64,000 bases of DNA from the NCBI GenBank assembly GCA_963715985.1, contig CAVQSP010000010.1, positions 1-64,000 on the forward strand, read 5' to 3'. Source of the stretch: an uncultured Thermoleophilia bacterium (GTDB taxonomy: Bacteria; Actinomycetota; Thermoleophilia; UBA2241). A program made the translations under genes and the position numbers. Below the pieces are notes generated by a model, which was given only the letters and a program-made list of their open reading frames with translations, was not told the origin of the DNA and searched no databases. Of this stretch, positions 29,289 to 44,505 are shown in pieces (the stretch's first letter is position 1; each line of letters opens with the position of its first letter).

Positions 29289-29410
29289 CTCCCTTCGCTG
29301 GCATTACCCAGCAGCGTCCGGGGACGCCGCCACCACAAGGGTGGTCAGGTTCTAGGCGTCGGCGCCAGGAAGCGCCTTCTCAGCTCCTCACACGGGAGCT
29401 CCGCAGGGCA
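29289..29410 (-). ncRNA. TPP riboswitch (variant with J4/5 insertion)
   Basis: Minus strand GCTGAGA...GAACCTGA-[33 nt]-CTGGGTAATGCCAGCGAAGGGA directly 5' of the thiT ATG. Confidence 0.88.
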
Positions 29411-29479
29411 CTGACAGTGTACTCCAGGGCGTCGGCGAGGTCAGCAGTGTTTCAGAGCCGGGGGGAGCGGTTCACCCCC

Positions 29480-29830
29480 ACCTGTGGAGAGTGTGGATAA
29501 GTTCCTTTTGCCACGCGTACAGGCTCACGATCGCAGTGGAAAAGGCGTTGACGACCACGACTTCCCTTGACAGGAGGCTCGCCGGACATGCGCGGCGGGA
29601 AAACGCCCTGAGCAGGGACTTATCCGGTCGAGTATGGGGTTGACAACGGCGGCGGGATGCACTCAGCCTCGACGCAGGCTGGGGGCCGCGCCGGCGTGCA
29701 CGTCACCCTTGTGTGAAACCGCACTATCCACAACTCCCGCAAATTGGGCACGTTCGGCGGACGCCGATGAGCGGCTTTCAACATATCTTGAACATACTGT
29801 GGATAACTATGGTGTTTCCGCTGCAAATCC
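29480..29830. other. oriC-associated DnaA-box cluster (upstream)
   Basis: TGTGGATAA at 29492-29500 and 29798-29806, CTATCCACA at 29724-29732, plus degenerate boxes; lower GC, non-coding. Confidence 0.8.
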
Positions 29831-29896
29831 GCGTTTCACGGCGCTCGTACAGCGGCTTTCGGGGCGCCACGCCCCTCTGCTATACTCGGCGCCCCC

Positions 29897-30766
29897 ATGG
29901 ACTCGTTCCTCGACAGGCTGCTTGCCGAGCAGGAGGCCGCCGGACGGCAGCCCGCAGGGCGGCCTAAGAGCGCGGCCGCCGGCCCGCTCGCCACCACACC
30001 CACTGCCGCCAAGGCGTCTACTATGACGGCGCCCACGGCCGTGCTGCCGGACGCGCCGCTGGGCGCGGAGGCGCCGCGCATCGCCATCTACGACACGCTC
30101 ACGGCGCCTCCGCGTGTCATCACCGTGGAGGAGGAGGACCTGCCGGCGCTCATCGCCTCGCTGGCGGAGAAGACCTACCACTACTGCCGGGAGCAGGGGG
30201 GCGAGGTGCCTTACACAGTGATCCAGGAGCTCATGGAGAACCTGCTCCACGCCTACTTCCGCGACGTGGTGGTCACGATCATCGACAGCGGTCATACGAT
30301 ACGCATCTCCGACCACGGGCCCGGAGTGGACGACAAGGACCGCGCCTTCCAGCCCGGCTTCACCACGGCCACCGCGCTGCAGCGCTCCATCATCCGGGGC
30401 GTGGGCTCCGGCCTGCCTCTCGCGCGCGAGTCGCTGCAACTGCTGCGCGGCATGCTGACGGTGGAGGACAACCTCGGCGGCGGGGCCGTGTTCACCATCA
30501 AGATGCCGACCGCCGAGGCCGCGCCGGCACCCAGACCTGAGACGCCCGGTGTCAAGCTGACCAACCGCCAGACCAAGGTGCTCGTCCTGCTCATGGAGCT
30601 TGGCGCCGCAGGTCCCACGGCCATCGCCAGGGAGCTCGACATCTCTTCCGCGACGGCCTTCCGGGAACTCGTTGTGCTGCAGGATATGGGGTTGATACAC
30701 TCGCTCGGCGACGGCAAGCGAGCCTTGCGCGAGGAGGGCCTCGCCCTTCTCGAGAGCATCCTCTGA
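29897..30766 (+). CDS. HATPase_c (GHKL) ATP-binding protein with C-terminal HTH
   Basis: ELMENLLHA (N box), ISDHGPG (G1), GFTT, GVGSGLP (G2); C-terminal GPTAIARELDISSATAFRELVVL. Confidence 0.85.
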   Translation: MDSFLDRLLAEQEAAGRQPAGRPKSAAAGPLATTPTAAKASTMTAPTAVLPDAPLGAEAPRIAIYDTLTAPPRVITVEEEDLPALIASLAEKTYHYCREQGGEVPYTVIQELMENLLHAYFRDVVVTIIDSGHTIRISDHGPGVDDKDRAFQPGFTTATALQRSIIRGVGSGLPLARESLQLLRGMLTVEDNLGGGAVFTIKMPTAEAAPAPRPETPGVKLTNRQTKVLVLLMELGAAGPTAIARELDISSATAFRELVVLQDMGLIHSLGDGKRALREEGLALLESIL

Positions 30767-30827
30767 CCGACGTTCTCACGCACCCGGGCGCGCCGCCGCA
30801 TCCCCGGGTGGACCAGGGCGGGCGCAC

Positions 30828-32255
30828 ACGGACGACGAGCTCACACGTATCTGGGATGAGGTGAAGCGGCTCCTCGCCGGGCGCCTCAGCGAGGCGGCGT
30901 TCCAGTTCTGGTTCGACCGCACGCTCCCCCTCGGCCTCGAGGACGGCGACTTCATCGTCGGCGTGCCCAACGACTTCGCCCGCGACTGGATCGAGAAGCG
31001 CTTCGCCGGCCACGTGGTCGAAGCGCTGACAGAGGTCCTCGGCGACGCCGTCGGACTGCGCCTTGTCGTCGACGAGCGTGCCGAGCACGTCATCGTGCCC
31101 GAGATGCCGGCGGCGGCTGCGCCGCCGCCGCCGGAGCAGGGGCCCAAGGCCTCCCGGGAGCCCGTCCGCCCCGACACGTGGACGCGGCGCACCAAGGGGC
31201 CCAAGGGTCAGGCCGCCGGCGACCTCAACCCGCGCTACGTCTTCGAGCGCTTCGTCGTCGGGCCGCACAACGAGTACGCCGCCGCGGTCGCTCACAGCGT
31301 CGCCGAAGCGCCGGCCACCGCGTACAACCCCGTGTTCATCTACGCCGCCACGGGGCTCGGCAAGACCCACCTCATCCAGGCGATCGCGCACGCCGTGATC
31401 GCCCAGAACCCGGACCTGCAGATCCGCTACGTCACAGTGGAGCGCTTCACCGACGACTTCATCAACGCCGTCACCGACAAGAGCCGCATCGACGGCTTCA
31501 AGCAGACCTACCGTGAGAACGACGTGCTCCTCATCGACGACGTCCAGTTCCTCGCCGAGAAGCAGCAGACGCAGGTGGAGTTCTTCCACACGTTCAACGC
31601 CCTCTACGAGGCGGGCAAACAGATCGTCATCACGAGTGACCGTCAGCCGCGCGAGCTCGAGGCGCTCGAGGAGCGCCTGCGCTCGCGTTTCGGCCAGGGC
31701 GTCGTCGTGGATATCGGCCAGCCGGACCTCGAGACGCGCATCGCCATCCTGCGCACGCAGGTCAAGTGGGAGGGCTTCAAGATCGCTGAACCGGAGGTCC
31801 TCGACTGGATCGCCTCGCGCGTGAACACCAACATCCGTGAGCTCCACGGCGCCCTCACCCGCGCCGTCAGCTATGCCTCCATCCACGGCCGCGATGTCAC
31901 CATGGAGGTCGCGAGGGAGGCGCTCAAGGACATCCTCCCCAAGTCGTATCAGCACCCCGTCACGGTGGAGACGGTGCAGGCCGAGGTCGCCCGCCAGTTC
32001 GGCATGCACGTCAACGACCTGCGCGGCAACCGCCGCACGGCGGACGTGGCGTACGCGCGGCAGATCGCCATGTATCTCTCGCGGGAGCTCACCGAGGCCT
32101 CGCTGCCGGGCATCGGCAAGAGCTTCGGCGGGCGGCACCACAGCACCGTCATCCACGCGGTGAACAAGGTCGAGCGCCAGCTCAAGGACGGCCACGACCC
32201 CCAGCTTCAGGACATCGTGGAGTTGGTCACGGCGCGTCTCAAGTCCGCACGCTGA
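30828..32255 (+). CDS. dnaA: Chromosomal replication initiator DnaA (start uncertain: ACG 30828 or GTG 30861)
   Basis: LNPRYVFERFVVG, YNPVFIY..TGLGKTHL, LLIDDVQF, EFFHTFNAL, RLRSRF, FGGRHHSTVIHA. Confidence 0.97.
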   Translation, partial: TDDELTRIWDEVKRLLAGRLSEAAFQFWFDRTLPLGLEDGDFIVGVPNDFARDWIEKRFAGHVVEALTEVLGDAVGLRLVVDERAEHVIVPEMPAAAAPPPPEQGPKASREPVRPDTWTRRTKGPKGQAAGDLNPRYVFERFVVGPHNEYAAAVAHSVAEAPATAYNPVFIYAATGLGKTHLIQAIAHAVIAQNPDLQIRYVTVERFTDDFINAVTDKSRIDGFKQTYRENDVLLIDDVQFLAEKQQTQVEFFHTFNALYEAGKQIVITSDRQPRELEALEERLRSRFGQGVVVDIGQPDLETRIAILRTQVKWEGFKIAEPEVLDWIASRVNTNIRELHGALTRAVSYASIHGRDVTMEVAREALKDILPKSYQHPVTVETVQAEVARQFGMHVNDLRGNRRTADVAYARQIAMYLSRELTEASLPGIGKSFGGRHHSTVIHAVNKVERQLKDGHDPQLQDIVELVTARLKSAR

Positions 32256-32289
32256 CCGCTCCCTCCGGTCCGCGCGCCGACCGCCCGCG

Positions 32290-32545
32290 GTAGTGTCCAC
32301 ATCCCCGGTGCAGCAGGCCTGCGGTGCAGCGCGTGGACGTTCTCCCGCGCGAGCCGCAAATCCGCTATGCTTCCCTCCGACAGGGAGGGCCTCGCGGGCG
32401 CAGCGTCACGTTCTGCACACCCCGTCCACAGCTCTGTGCAGACGCCGGCGCCCAGGCTGAGCAGGGACATCACGACCTCTCCGCATCGTCAACAGTGTCT
32501 ATGACGATGACGAGGAGAGATGTCTTCTCTTTATTGTCATAAGGA
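32290..32545. other. dnaA-dnaN intergenic origin region (degenerate DnaA boxes, putative DUE/DnaA-trios)
   Basis: GTGTCCACA 32293, TTCTGCACA 32411, CCGTCCACA 32422, then ATGACGATGACGA trinucleotide repeats and AT-rich TCTTTATTGTCATAA. Confidence 0.65.
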
Positions 32546-32551
32546 GTCGGG

Positions 32552-33665
32552 ATGAAGCTCACGTGTGATCGCTCGGTGCTGGTCGACAAACTCGCGATCC
32601 TCTCCCGCGGTGTGTCCACTCGCCTTGCCCTGCCCGTGCTCTCGGGCATCCTCCTGCAGGCCGCCGAAGGACGCCTCGACCTCTTCTCCACCGACATGGA
32701 GATCTCCATCAAGGCGTCCGTGGCCACCACGGTCGAGCAGGAGGGTGAGATCGTCGTGCCGGCGCGGCTCCTCAGCGACATCGTCCGCAACCTGCCCGGC
32801 GAACAGGTGGTCATCGAAGCCACCGAGACTATGGCCAAGGTGTCGGCCGGCCGCGCCGAGTTCTCGCTCAACGCGTGGTCTGCGAGCGACTTCCCGCAGA
32901 CGTCCACCTTCGACATGAGCGGCTCGTTCATGGTCGGCCGCGAGCCCTTCGTCGAGACGCTCAACAAGGTGGGCCGCGCCGCATCGCGCGACGAGACGCG
33001 GCCCATCCTCACCGGTGTGCTCATGACGATCCTCGGCGGCGAGCTGCGCATGGTCGCCACGGACAGCTACCGGCTGGCCGTCAAGGAGACCAAGCTGGAC
33101 CACGCCCTCCCCTCCGAGGTGCAGGCCATCGTGCCGGTCAAGGCGCTGGGAGAGGTGGCCCGGCTCGCCGGTTCGAGCAGTGAGGGCGACCTCGAGGTGG
33201 CCATCGGCGAGAACCAGGCGCTGTTCAAGCTCGGCGACGCGTCGGGAGAGGTCCTCATCGCGTCCCGTCTCGTGGAAGGCCAGTTCCCCAACTACCGCGC
33301 CCTCATCCCGGAGTCGTTCGACCACGAGGTCACGCTGGCGCGGGACGACTTCATGGCTGCGGCGCGGCGCGTCAGCCTGCTGGCCCAGAAGAACGCGCCG
33401 CTCCGCCTGTCGTTCGCCGAGCACAAGCTCTCGATGAAGGCGCTCACGCAGGACGTCGGCCAGGCGGAGGAGTCACTGGACGTGGAGTTCGCCGGTGAGC
33501 CCTTCGAGATCGGCTTCAACCCGCAGTACCTCATCGAGGGCATCGATGCCCTGGACGACCCGGCCGTCCACGCTGAGGTTCACGAGCCCGCTCCGCCCCG
33601 GCGTCATCAGTGGCGCCGACGGCAGCTTCACGTACCTCATCATGCCGATCCGCCTGAGCAGCTGA
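32552..33665 (+). CDS. dnaN: DNA polymerase III beta clamp (frameshift near 33570)
   Basis: STDMEISI, DETRPILTG, VATDSYRLA, GQFPNY, IGFNPQYL; shifted frame ends YLIMPIRLSS-TGA. Confidence 0.95.
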
Positions 33666-33877
33666 TCGAGGTGACCGTCAGCGGCTCCTTGCCGCTCGGG
33701 GCGTTCCTCAAGGTCGCCGGCGCGGCCTCCACCGGCGGTCACGCCAAACTGCTCGTCCAGGAGGGCGAGGTCCTGGTCAACGGCGAGGTCGAGACGCGGC
33801 GCGGCCGTACTCTGCAGCCCGGCGACGTCGTGGCTGTGGGCGGCGAGGAGTATCGCGTGTGTTCGTCACCCGCCTGA
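33662..33877 (+). CDS. S4-domain RNA-binding protein (YaaA/RlbA-like)
   Basis: LGAFLKVAGAASTGGHAKLLVQEGEVLVNGEVETRRGRTL, between dnaN and recF; start approximate. Confidence 0.88.
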   Translation: MIEVTVSGSLPLGAFLKVAGAASTGGHAKLLVQEGEVLVNGEVETRRGRTLQPGDVVAVGGEEYRVCSSPA

Positions 33878-35210
33878 GGCTGGTCAACTTCCGGTCGTAC
33901 TGCGACGCGGCCGTGACCTTCGGCGACGGCCTCAACGTCGTGGTGGGGGCCAACGCCACCGGCAAGACCAATCTGCTCGAGGGCGCGTGGTTCGCGCTGC
34001 GCGGCAGCTCGCCGCGCACGCGCCGCGAGGAGAAGCTCGTCACGTGGGGACAGCGCTTCACCCGCGTCGAGCTCGAGCTGGACGGAGACGCCGGGGGCCG
34101 GCAGACGGTCGCTGTGGCCTATGCCACCGGCCAGGGCAAGCGCGCCCACTGGAACGGCGTGGAGGTGCCGTCGCAGGACGACCTCCGCGGGCGGAGCCAG
34201 GTGTTCATCTTCGTCCCCGAGAGCCTCCTGCTCGTCAAGGGCAGCCCAGCGCGGCGGCGCGCCCATCTGGACGCGTTCGCCGCCGCGCTCGACCCGCAGT
34301 ACGGCGCGGCGGTGCGGGACCTGCAGACGGCGCTGCGCCAGCGCAACGCGCAGCTGCTTGCCGTGAAGCACGGTGCCGCCATCGCCGCGCTCGACCCGTG
34401 GGACGCACAGTTCGCGCGCTGGGCCACCGAGCTGGGCCGCCGCCGCCGCGAGCTGGTGGCCGAGCTGGCCGAGTCGTTCTCCACCGTCGCCGCCGAGCTG
34501 GCGCCGGGCGACGCGCAGTTCCGGCTGCAGCTCGTGAGCCAACTCGGCGGCGTGGGCTACGAGGAGGCGGCGTTGCTGGAGGAGCTCCGCGCGCGCCGCC
34601 CGGGCGAGACGAGCCGCGGCCTCTGCGCTCTTCGGGCCGCACCGCGACGACCTCCGCTTCCTCGAGGTGTCCCCGCGGCCGCCGGCCGACGAGGGCTGGC
34701 GCAGAGAGGAAGACGCGCGGGCCGACAGCCGCGCCCGCGCCGGTGACGCGCGCGGAGGGTCGCGGTCGGAGACGGTGGGACCGGGCGCCGGCCTGCGGCC
34801 CGGTGGACCTGCCGCGCGGCGGCCGCGACCTGCGTCTCTTCGGCTCGCAGGGCGAGCAGCGCGCCGCCGTACTGGCGCTGCTGCTCGCGGAGCAGCAGCT
34901 CGCGACGGCGCGCATCGGCAGCCGCGGCACCCTCTTCCTGGACGACGTCATGAGCGAGCTGGACGATGCCCGGCGCCGCCTTCTGGTGCGCATGCTGGCG
35001 TCGGCCGGCCAGGCCATCATCACGACGACCAACCGGCACTATTTCACGGAGGACGAACTGCGTGGAGCCACCGTCATCGAACTGCCGATCGACGGCTCGG
35101 TGACCGTGCGGCTCGGTCGAGCCCCCGGCAGACGCGGAGCGGCTCGGCGCCGCCGGAGGACGCGGCGCTCTGATCCGCGGCGACCGCTCTCGCCGTTCGC
35201 CGTGGGCTAG
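33859..35210 (+). CDS. recF: DNA replication/repair protein RecF (frameshifts near 34630-34800; end approximate)
   Basis: NFRSY, GANATGKTNLLE, GSPARRRAHLD, FGSQGEQR, LFLDDVMSELD. Confidence 0.92.
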
Positions 35211-35266
35211 AATCCTGGCACGGCGGCCGGCAGGTCGGCAGGCTGCCCTGGGGACCGGAGGTCGTC

Positions 35267-36263
35267 ATGAAGCCGCCGCAGCGCCCGCCGTCCGCCGGGC
35301 AGGAGGTCAGTCCGGGAGACTGTCGGCGGGGCGTGCTCGTGGAGCGCTTCTCGCTGGTCGCGGGCGTCCTCGGGGTTCGCCGCCGCCTCCGGCGAGGCCA
35401 GCCGGCCCCGGCGGCCGGCGCCGGACCGCGAGCAAGCCGCCCGTCAACGTCATCCTCTTCGGATGGGACGGCGCGCAGCGCGCGCACGTCAAGGAGTGTC
35501 TCGCGCGCGGCGAGCTGCCGACCTTGCGGCGCGGTCGCCGACAAGGGCCGACTCGTGGCCATCGACGTCGTGCGCACGACCGATACCAAGTCTGGCTGGT
35601 CGCAGATCCTCACCGGCTACCAGCCGGAGAAGTCCGGCGTGTTCAGCAACAGCCGCTTCCGCCCATCCCCGAGGGCTACACCATCTTCGAGCGCCTCGAG
35701 CGGCGGTATGGGCCGGGTTCGTCCGTGGCCGTGGTCGCGAAGAAGGATCACATCGGCTACGACGCGGGCCTGCCGTATGCCAACGCCGTCTCGCACATGG
35801 ACCACTTCGACAACGGCCTGGTGAAGAACGACATCGTCGCCGAGCGGGCCATGGCCTATCTGGAGCAGTACGGGTCGCGCCCGTTCTTCTTCTTCGTCCA
35901 CTTCGCCCAGCCGGACCACCTCGGGGCATGCGAGCCGGGGAGGACTCGCAGGAGTACACCGATGGGATCATCTCGGACGACTACTGGACCGGCAAGGTCA
36001 TCGCCAGACTGAAGGCACTGGGCCTGAGCGGCAAGACGGCCGTCTACATCACCGCCGACCACGGGTTCGACGAGGGCCTCAAGTCCCATGCCGACGCGCC
36101 CTACGTGTTCCTCGCCACGACGGACAAGGGTGTGCAGCGGCGAGGTCTGCGGGAGGACATCGCCCCGACGATCTACGACCGCCTCGGTCTCGATCCCGGC
36201 GCGATGTCACCGGCCCTCGACGGTCACTCACTGCGGCGCGCCTACTCCCCGCCGCTATGGTGA
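35267..36263 (+). CDS. Alkaline-phosphatase-superfamily metalloenzyme (multiple indels)
   Basis: Across frames: VILFGWDG, TDTKSGWSQILTG, FFVHFAQPDHLG, YITADHG, DIAPTI. Confidence 0.75.
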
Positions 36264-36790
36264 GGCGCGCGCCGCAGGTCCGGGGGGCCGCGCAAGGGCG
36301 AGCTCCCGCCGCCTGGACCAGATCCTGGGTCCGGCTCTGGAACGGCTGGCGGCGAGCGACCAGGCCAAGGCCTACGCGGCCTGGGCGCGCGCCGCCGGCG
36401 AACAGGTGGCGGCCGGCACCCAGCTGCGCGGCTTCTCCCGCGGGACGCTGACCGTCGAGTGCTCGTCATCGGTGTGGGCCAACGAGCTCACGTATCTGAG
36501 CGGCCAGATCAAGGGGCGCATGGACGGCATGAGCTCCCGGCCACCCCGTCAAGCGGCTGCGCTTCACCGTCGCCCGCTCTCCCCGAAGGCAGGAAGATCA
36601 GCCTGCCGCGTCGAAGGATGATGCCGCCGTCCCAGCGGCCCGCGCCGCCCGAGATGGACGGGGCGCGGGCCCAGGCGGAGGGAGTGCGCGACGAGCGTCT
36701 TCGGGCGGCCATCGAGGCCCTGCTTCAGGCGCCCATCGGGGGGCCACCGAAGGCGCCCCGGCGACGGCAACCCTCGCGGTTGACGAAAAC
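36257..36790 (+). CDS. dciA: DUF721/DciA helicase-loader-like protein (indels; end approximate)
   Basis: WARAAGEQVAAGTQLRGFSRGTLTVECSSSVWANELTYLSGQI; position before gyrB. Confidence 0.75.
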
Positions 36791-36920
36791 CGCCGTTTTG
36801 CGGCGCTTTCGTAGGGTTCTTCAGGCTCGCCCCGAGACTCACCGTCTGATATACTCACGCAGGCAGGACGAGCCTGCCTGCACCACCCCGTCCCATCCCC
36901 TCGGCACACTGCGAGGTTGA

Positions 36921-41792
<4,872 letters not shown>

Positions 41793-41910
41793 CCGCCGCA
41801 GGCAAGTCAACGTGCGGTGGAGCGAGCGGCACCGCACGCTGACCGTCGTAGCCGGGCTGACGTCGGGTGCAGCGTAGCGGCACTCGACACTGCTGCAACC
41901 GCGTGACGTG

Positions 41911-41947
41911 ACGAGGGCCGGGGAGGCGCTGCCTCCCCGGCCCTCGT
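41911..41947 (+). terminator. Terminator hairpin after gyrA
   Basis: ACGAGGGCCGGGGAGGC-GCT-GCCTCCCCGGCCCTCGT followed by GCTTTC. Confidence 0.7.
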
Positions 41948-42282
41948 GCTTTCAGGTGACCGACGGCCGGTTCCGCTCGAGCCGCGTGCGGCCGGGGGGG
42001 ATGCCACCCGGCTCCGCCGCCGCCCCCAGGACGTCGCGCAGCCAGCCGATGCGCCGCAGCGACTCCGCCGGGCGACGGCCGGCCAGCCTGATCGAGCGAT
42101 CTCTGTGCCCGGCGCTCAGGATCATGACCGTGCTCATGGTGTGACCTCGATTCTTCTCTCAGCGGCGGTGGATCAGGTGCCGCAGCTTTGATGTTCATAA
42201 AAGATATCACAGAGACATCAGGAGGTCAACAGTGGTCCTTCAGGCCTTGCGAGAGCGCGACGACGTCTGCTAGGTTGCGTGC

Positions 42283-42960
42283 ATGTCTCGCTCTGACCCC
42301 AGGACCCCAGATGCCACGGAAGCGACCGGGTCGCTCGGCGATCAGGTCTACCGCGCGATCAAGGAGGACGTCCTCTCGGCGAGGATCGGCCGTGATGAAC
42401 TGCTTCTGGAGCAGGCACTCGCCGAGCGCTACGGCGTCTCGAAGACACCCGTCCGCGAGGCGCTCCGGCTGTTGGCCCACGAGGGGCTGCTCCGCGTGCT
42501 GCCGCGCAAGGGATACATGCTCCGGCCCGTCGGCATCCAGGATGTCGTCGAGGTCTTCGAGCTGCGACGCATCCTGGAGCCCGCGTTGTGTGCTGAGGCG
42601 GCCCGGCGGCGGACGTCGGAGCAGCTGGCCAGGATGGAGGAGTCGGTCGAGATCGAACGACACCTCGCGGACCCGAGCCTGGAGGAGATGGAGAGGTCTC
42701 TCGGGCTGCATCTGCTCATCGCCGAGTCGACCGGCAACGAGCGGGCCACCGCCATGGTGAGGTCCCTCATGGACGACGCGGCGCGGATGCCGCGGCCGAT
42801 CCCCGTCCTCACGACCGGGCCGAGGCGGCCGGGCGTCGAGGAGCACGCCCGGATCGTGGCCGCCATCGCAGCCGGAGACGTCGAGGAGGCGTCCGCCGCC
42901 ATGCTGGCCCACCTCGAGGCGACGATCGCGCGCGATCTGGGCGGCCTCGGCGCACGCTAG
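42283..42960 (+). CDS. GntR (FCD) family regulator
   Basis: LAERYGVSKTPVREAL, EHARIVAAIAAGD. Confidence 0.9.
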   Translation: MSRSDPRTPDATEATGSLGDQVYRAIKEDVLSARIGRDELLLEQALAERYGVSKTPVREALRLLAHEGLLRVLPRKGYMLRPVGIQDVVEVFELRRILEPALCAEAARRRTSEQLARMEESVEIERHLADPSLEEMERSLGLHLLIAESTGNERATAMVRSLMDDAARMPRPIPVLTTGPRRPGVEEHARIVAAIAAGDVEEASAAMLAHLEATIARDLGGLGAR

Positions 42961-43035
42961 GCCGCCGGCTTCCAGGCGCGCTGTGAGAACCTTACTAAGT
43001 AAGGACCTAACCGCCGACCCGGTGGCGCTGCCGGC

Positions 43036-44439
43036 TCACCCGTCCTCGCGCCTGTAGTTCTCCCCGGCCACGAAGTCCTGCACCGTGCGCCGTGCTGCGA
43101 TCTGCCGCAGGCCGGCCTCGGTCACCATGTAGGCGGCGGCCTCGTCGCGGCCGTTGTAGGCGCTCATGCACTCGAGGGAGTAGGCGCCCACGTCGAGGAA
43201 GGCGACGATGTCGCCGACCTTGCTGCAGGTGGGAAGGTAGCGGAAGTCCGACCCGGGGTCGCCGGCGTACACGTCGCCGCCGTCGCACAGCGGACCGCCC
43301 AAGCGGAAGGGCCGCACCGGCGGCTTGCTGCAGTGATTGGCGAGCACGGCACGGAAGTACCAGTGGTAGCTCGAGTGCTCGAGGATGGTGTTGAAGCCGG
43401 CGTCGACCATGAGCCAATCCTCGCGGGTGATGCGTCCGTGGGCGGCCTCGACGAGCTTCGTCTTCTCGGCCTCGACGCGGGTCACGAGGATGGCCGTGTT
43501 GCCGGCGATCGCGCGGCCTGGCTCGAGGAAGAGCTGCAGGTCCGGGCGCGCACGGTGAAGGCGCTCGCCGATGGCTCGCGCGTAGCCCTCCAGCGTGTGC
43601 GGCGCCTCGAAGTAGGTGTCGGGCTCGTCGGCCGTGCGGTCGTAGTAGGGGATCGCGAAGCCGCCGCCGATGTCGAGGTGCTCGAGCCTGATGTCGTGGG
43701 CCGTCTCGATGCGCTCCAGCAGCGCCAGCGCCCGGTCGAGCGCCTCGAGGTAGGGCTCGACGTGCGTGATCTGCGAGCCGATGTGGTAGTGCATGCCGAC
43801 CAGGCGGATGTTGGGCAGCTGGGCCGCCAGACCGAAGGCGCCGAGGGCCTCGTTCACGTCGATGCCGGCTTTCGCGCCCTTGCTGGTGCGCAGGCCGGGG
43901 TGCGTCTCGCTGGCCACGTTGAGGTCCACGCGAAGGGAGACACGCGCCTGCGCGCCGAGGTCGGCGGCCACGTCGGCCACGCGCCGAAGCTCGAAGACCG
44001 AGTCCACGACGATGGCCTCTATGGGTGGCCGCAGGGCGGCGATGATCTCGTCGCGCGTCTTGGCGTTGCCGTTGAAGATGATCTGCCCCGGCTCGAACCC
44101 CGCCGTGCGGGCCTTCCAGAGCTCCCCGCCCGAGTTGACCTCGATGTCGATGCCGCCGCGACGAACGCGGTCGAGGAACCACAGGTTGGAGCAGGCCTTG
44201 CTGGCGTAGAAGACGCGGGTGGCAGGGTGGTGTGCGCGGAAGCCGTCGCGAAGGGTCGCGATGTTGCGGTCGATCTGGGCGGAGCTGAAGAGGAAGAAGG
44301 GCGTGGGTGTGGTGTCCGCCATGCCGGCCACGTCGATGCCGTCGAAGCGCATGCGGCCGCGCTCGCAGGTGATGACGTCCTTCATGGGGTCGGCGATGCG
44401 CGCGAACTCGACGTCGCACTGGGGGGCGTCGGGGTCCAT
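43036..44439 (-). CDS. PLP-dependent fold-III decarboxylase (LysA/ornithine decarboxylase family)
   Basis: FYASKA, HYHIGSQ, LDIGGGF, LEPGR, GPLCDGGD, GAYS. Confidence 0.88.
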   Translation of the reverse strand: MDPDAPQCDVEFARIADPMKDVITCERGRMRFDGIDVAGMADTTPTPFFLFSSAQIDRNIATLRDGFRAHHPATRVFYASKACSNLWFLDRVRRGGIDIEVNSGGELWKARTAGFEPGQIIFNGNAKTRDEIIAALRPPIEAIVVDSVFELRRVADVAADLGAQARVSLRVDLNVASETHPGLRTSKGAKAGIDVNEALGAFGLAAQLPNIRLVGMHYHIGSQITHVEPYLEALDRALALLERIETAHDIRLEHLDIGGGFAIPYYDRTADEPDTYFEAPHTLEGYARAIGERLHRARPDLQLFLEPGRAIAGNTAILVTRVEAEKTKLVEAAHGRITREDWLMVDAGFNTILEHSSYHWYFRAVLANHCSKPPVRPFRLGGPLCDGGDVYAGDPGSDFRYLPTCSKVGDIVAFLDVGAYSLECMSAYNGRDEAAAYMVTEAGLRQIAARRTVQDFVAGENYRREDG

Positions 44440-44505
44440 GGGCGACCTCTCAGCGGTTGGTGGGCGGGGCGCGGCTGAGAAGTGCTTACCCCGCGCCCCG
44501 CGGTC

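Noticed and set aside
32552-33877. Apparent DnaN-S4 domain fusion (441-aa ORF)
   Set aside because: Artefact of an indel near 33570; the proper DnaN C-terminus and TGA are in another frame.
41952-42137. Small minus-strand ORF divergent from gntR
   Set aside because: Has an RBS-like motif but no recognisable similarity or convincing codon bias.
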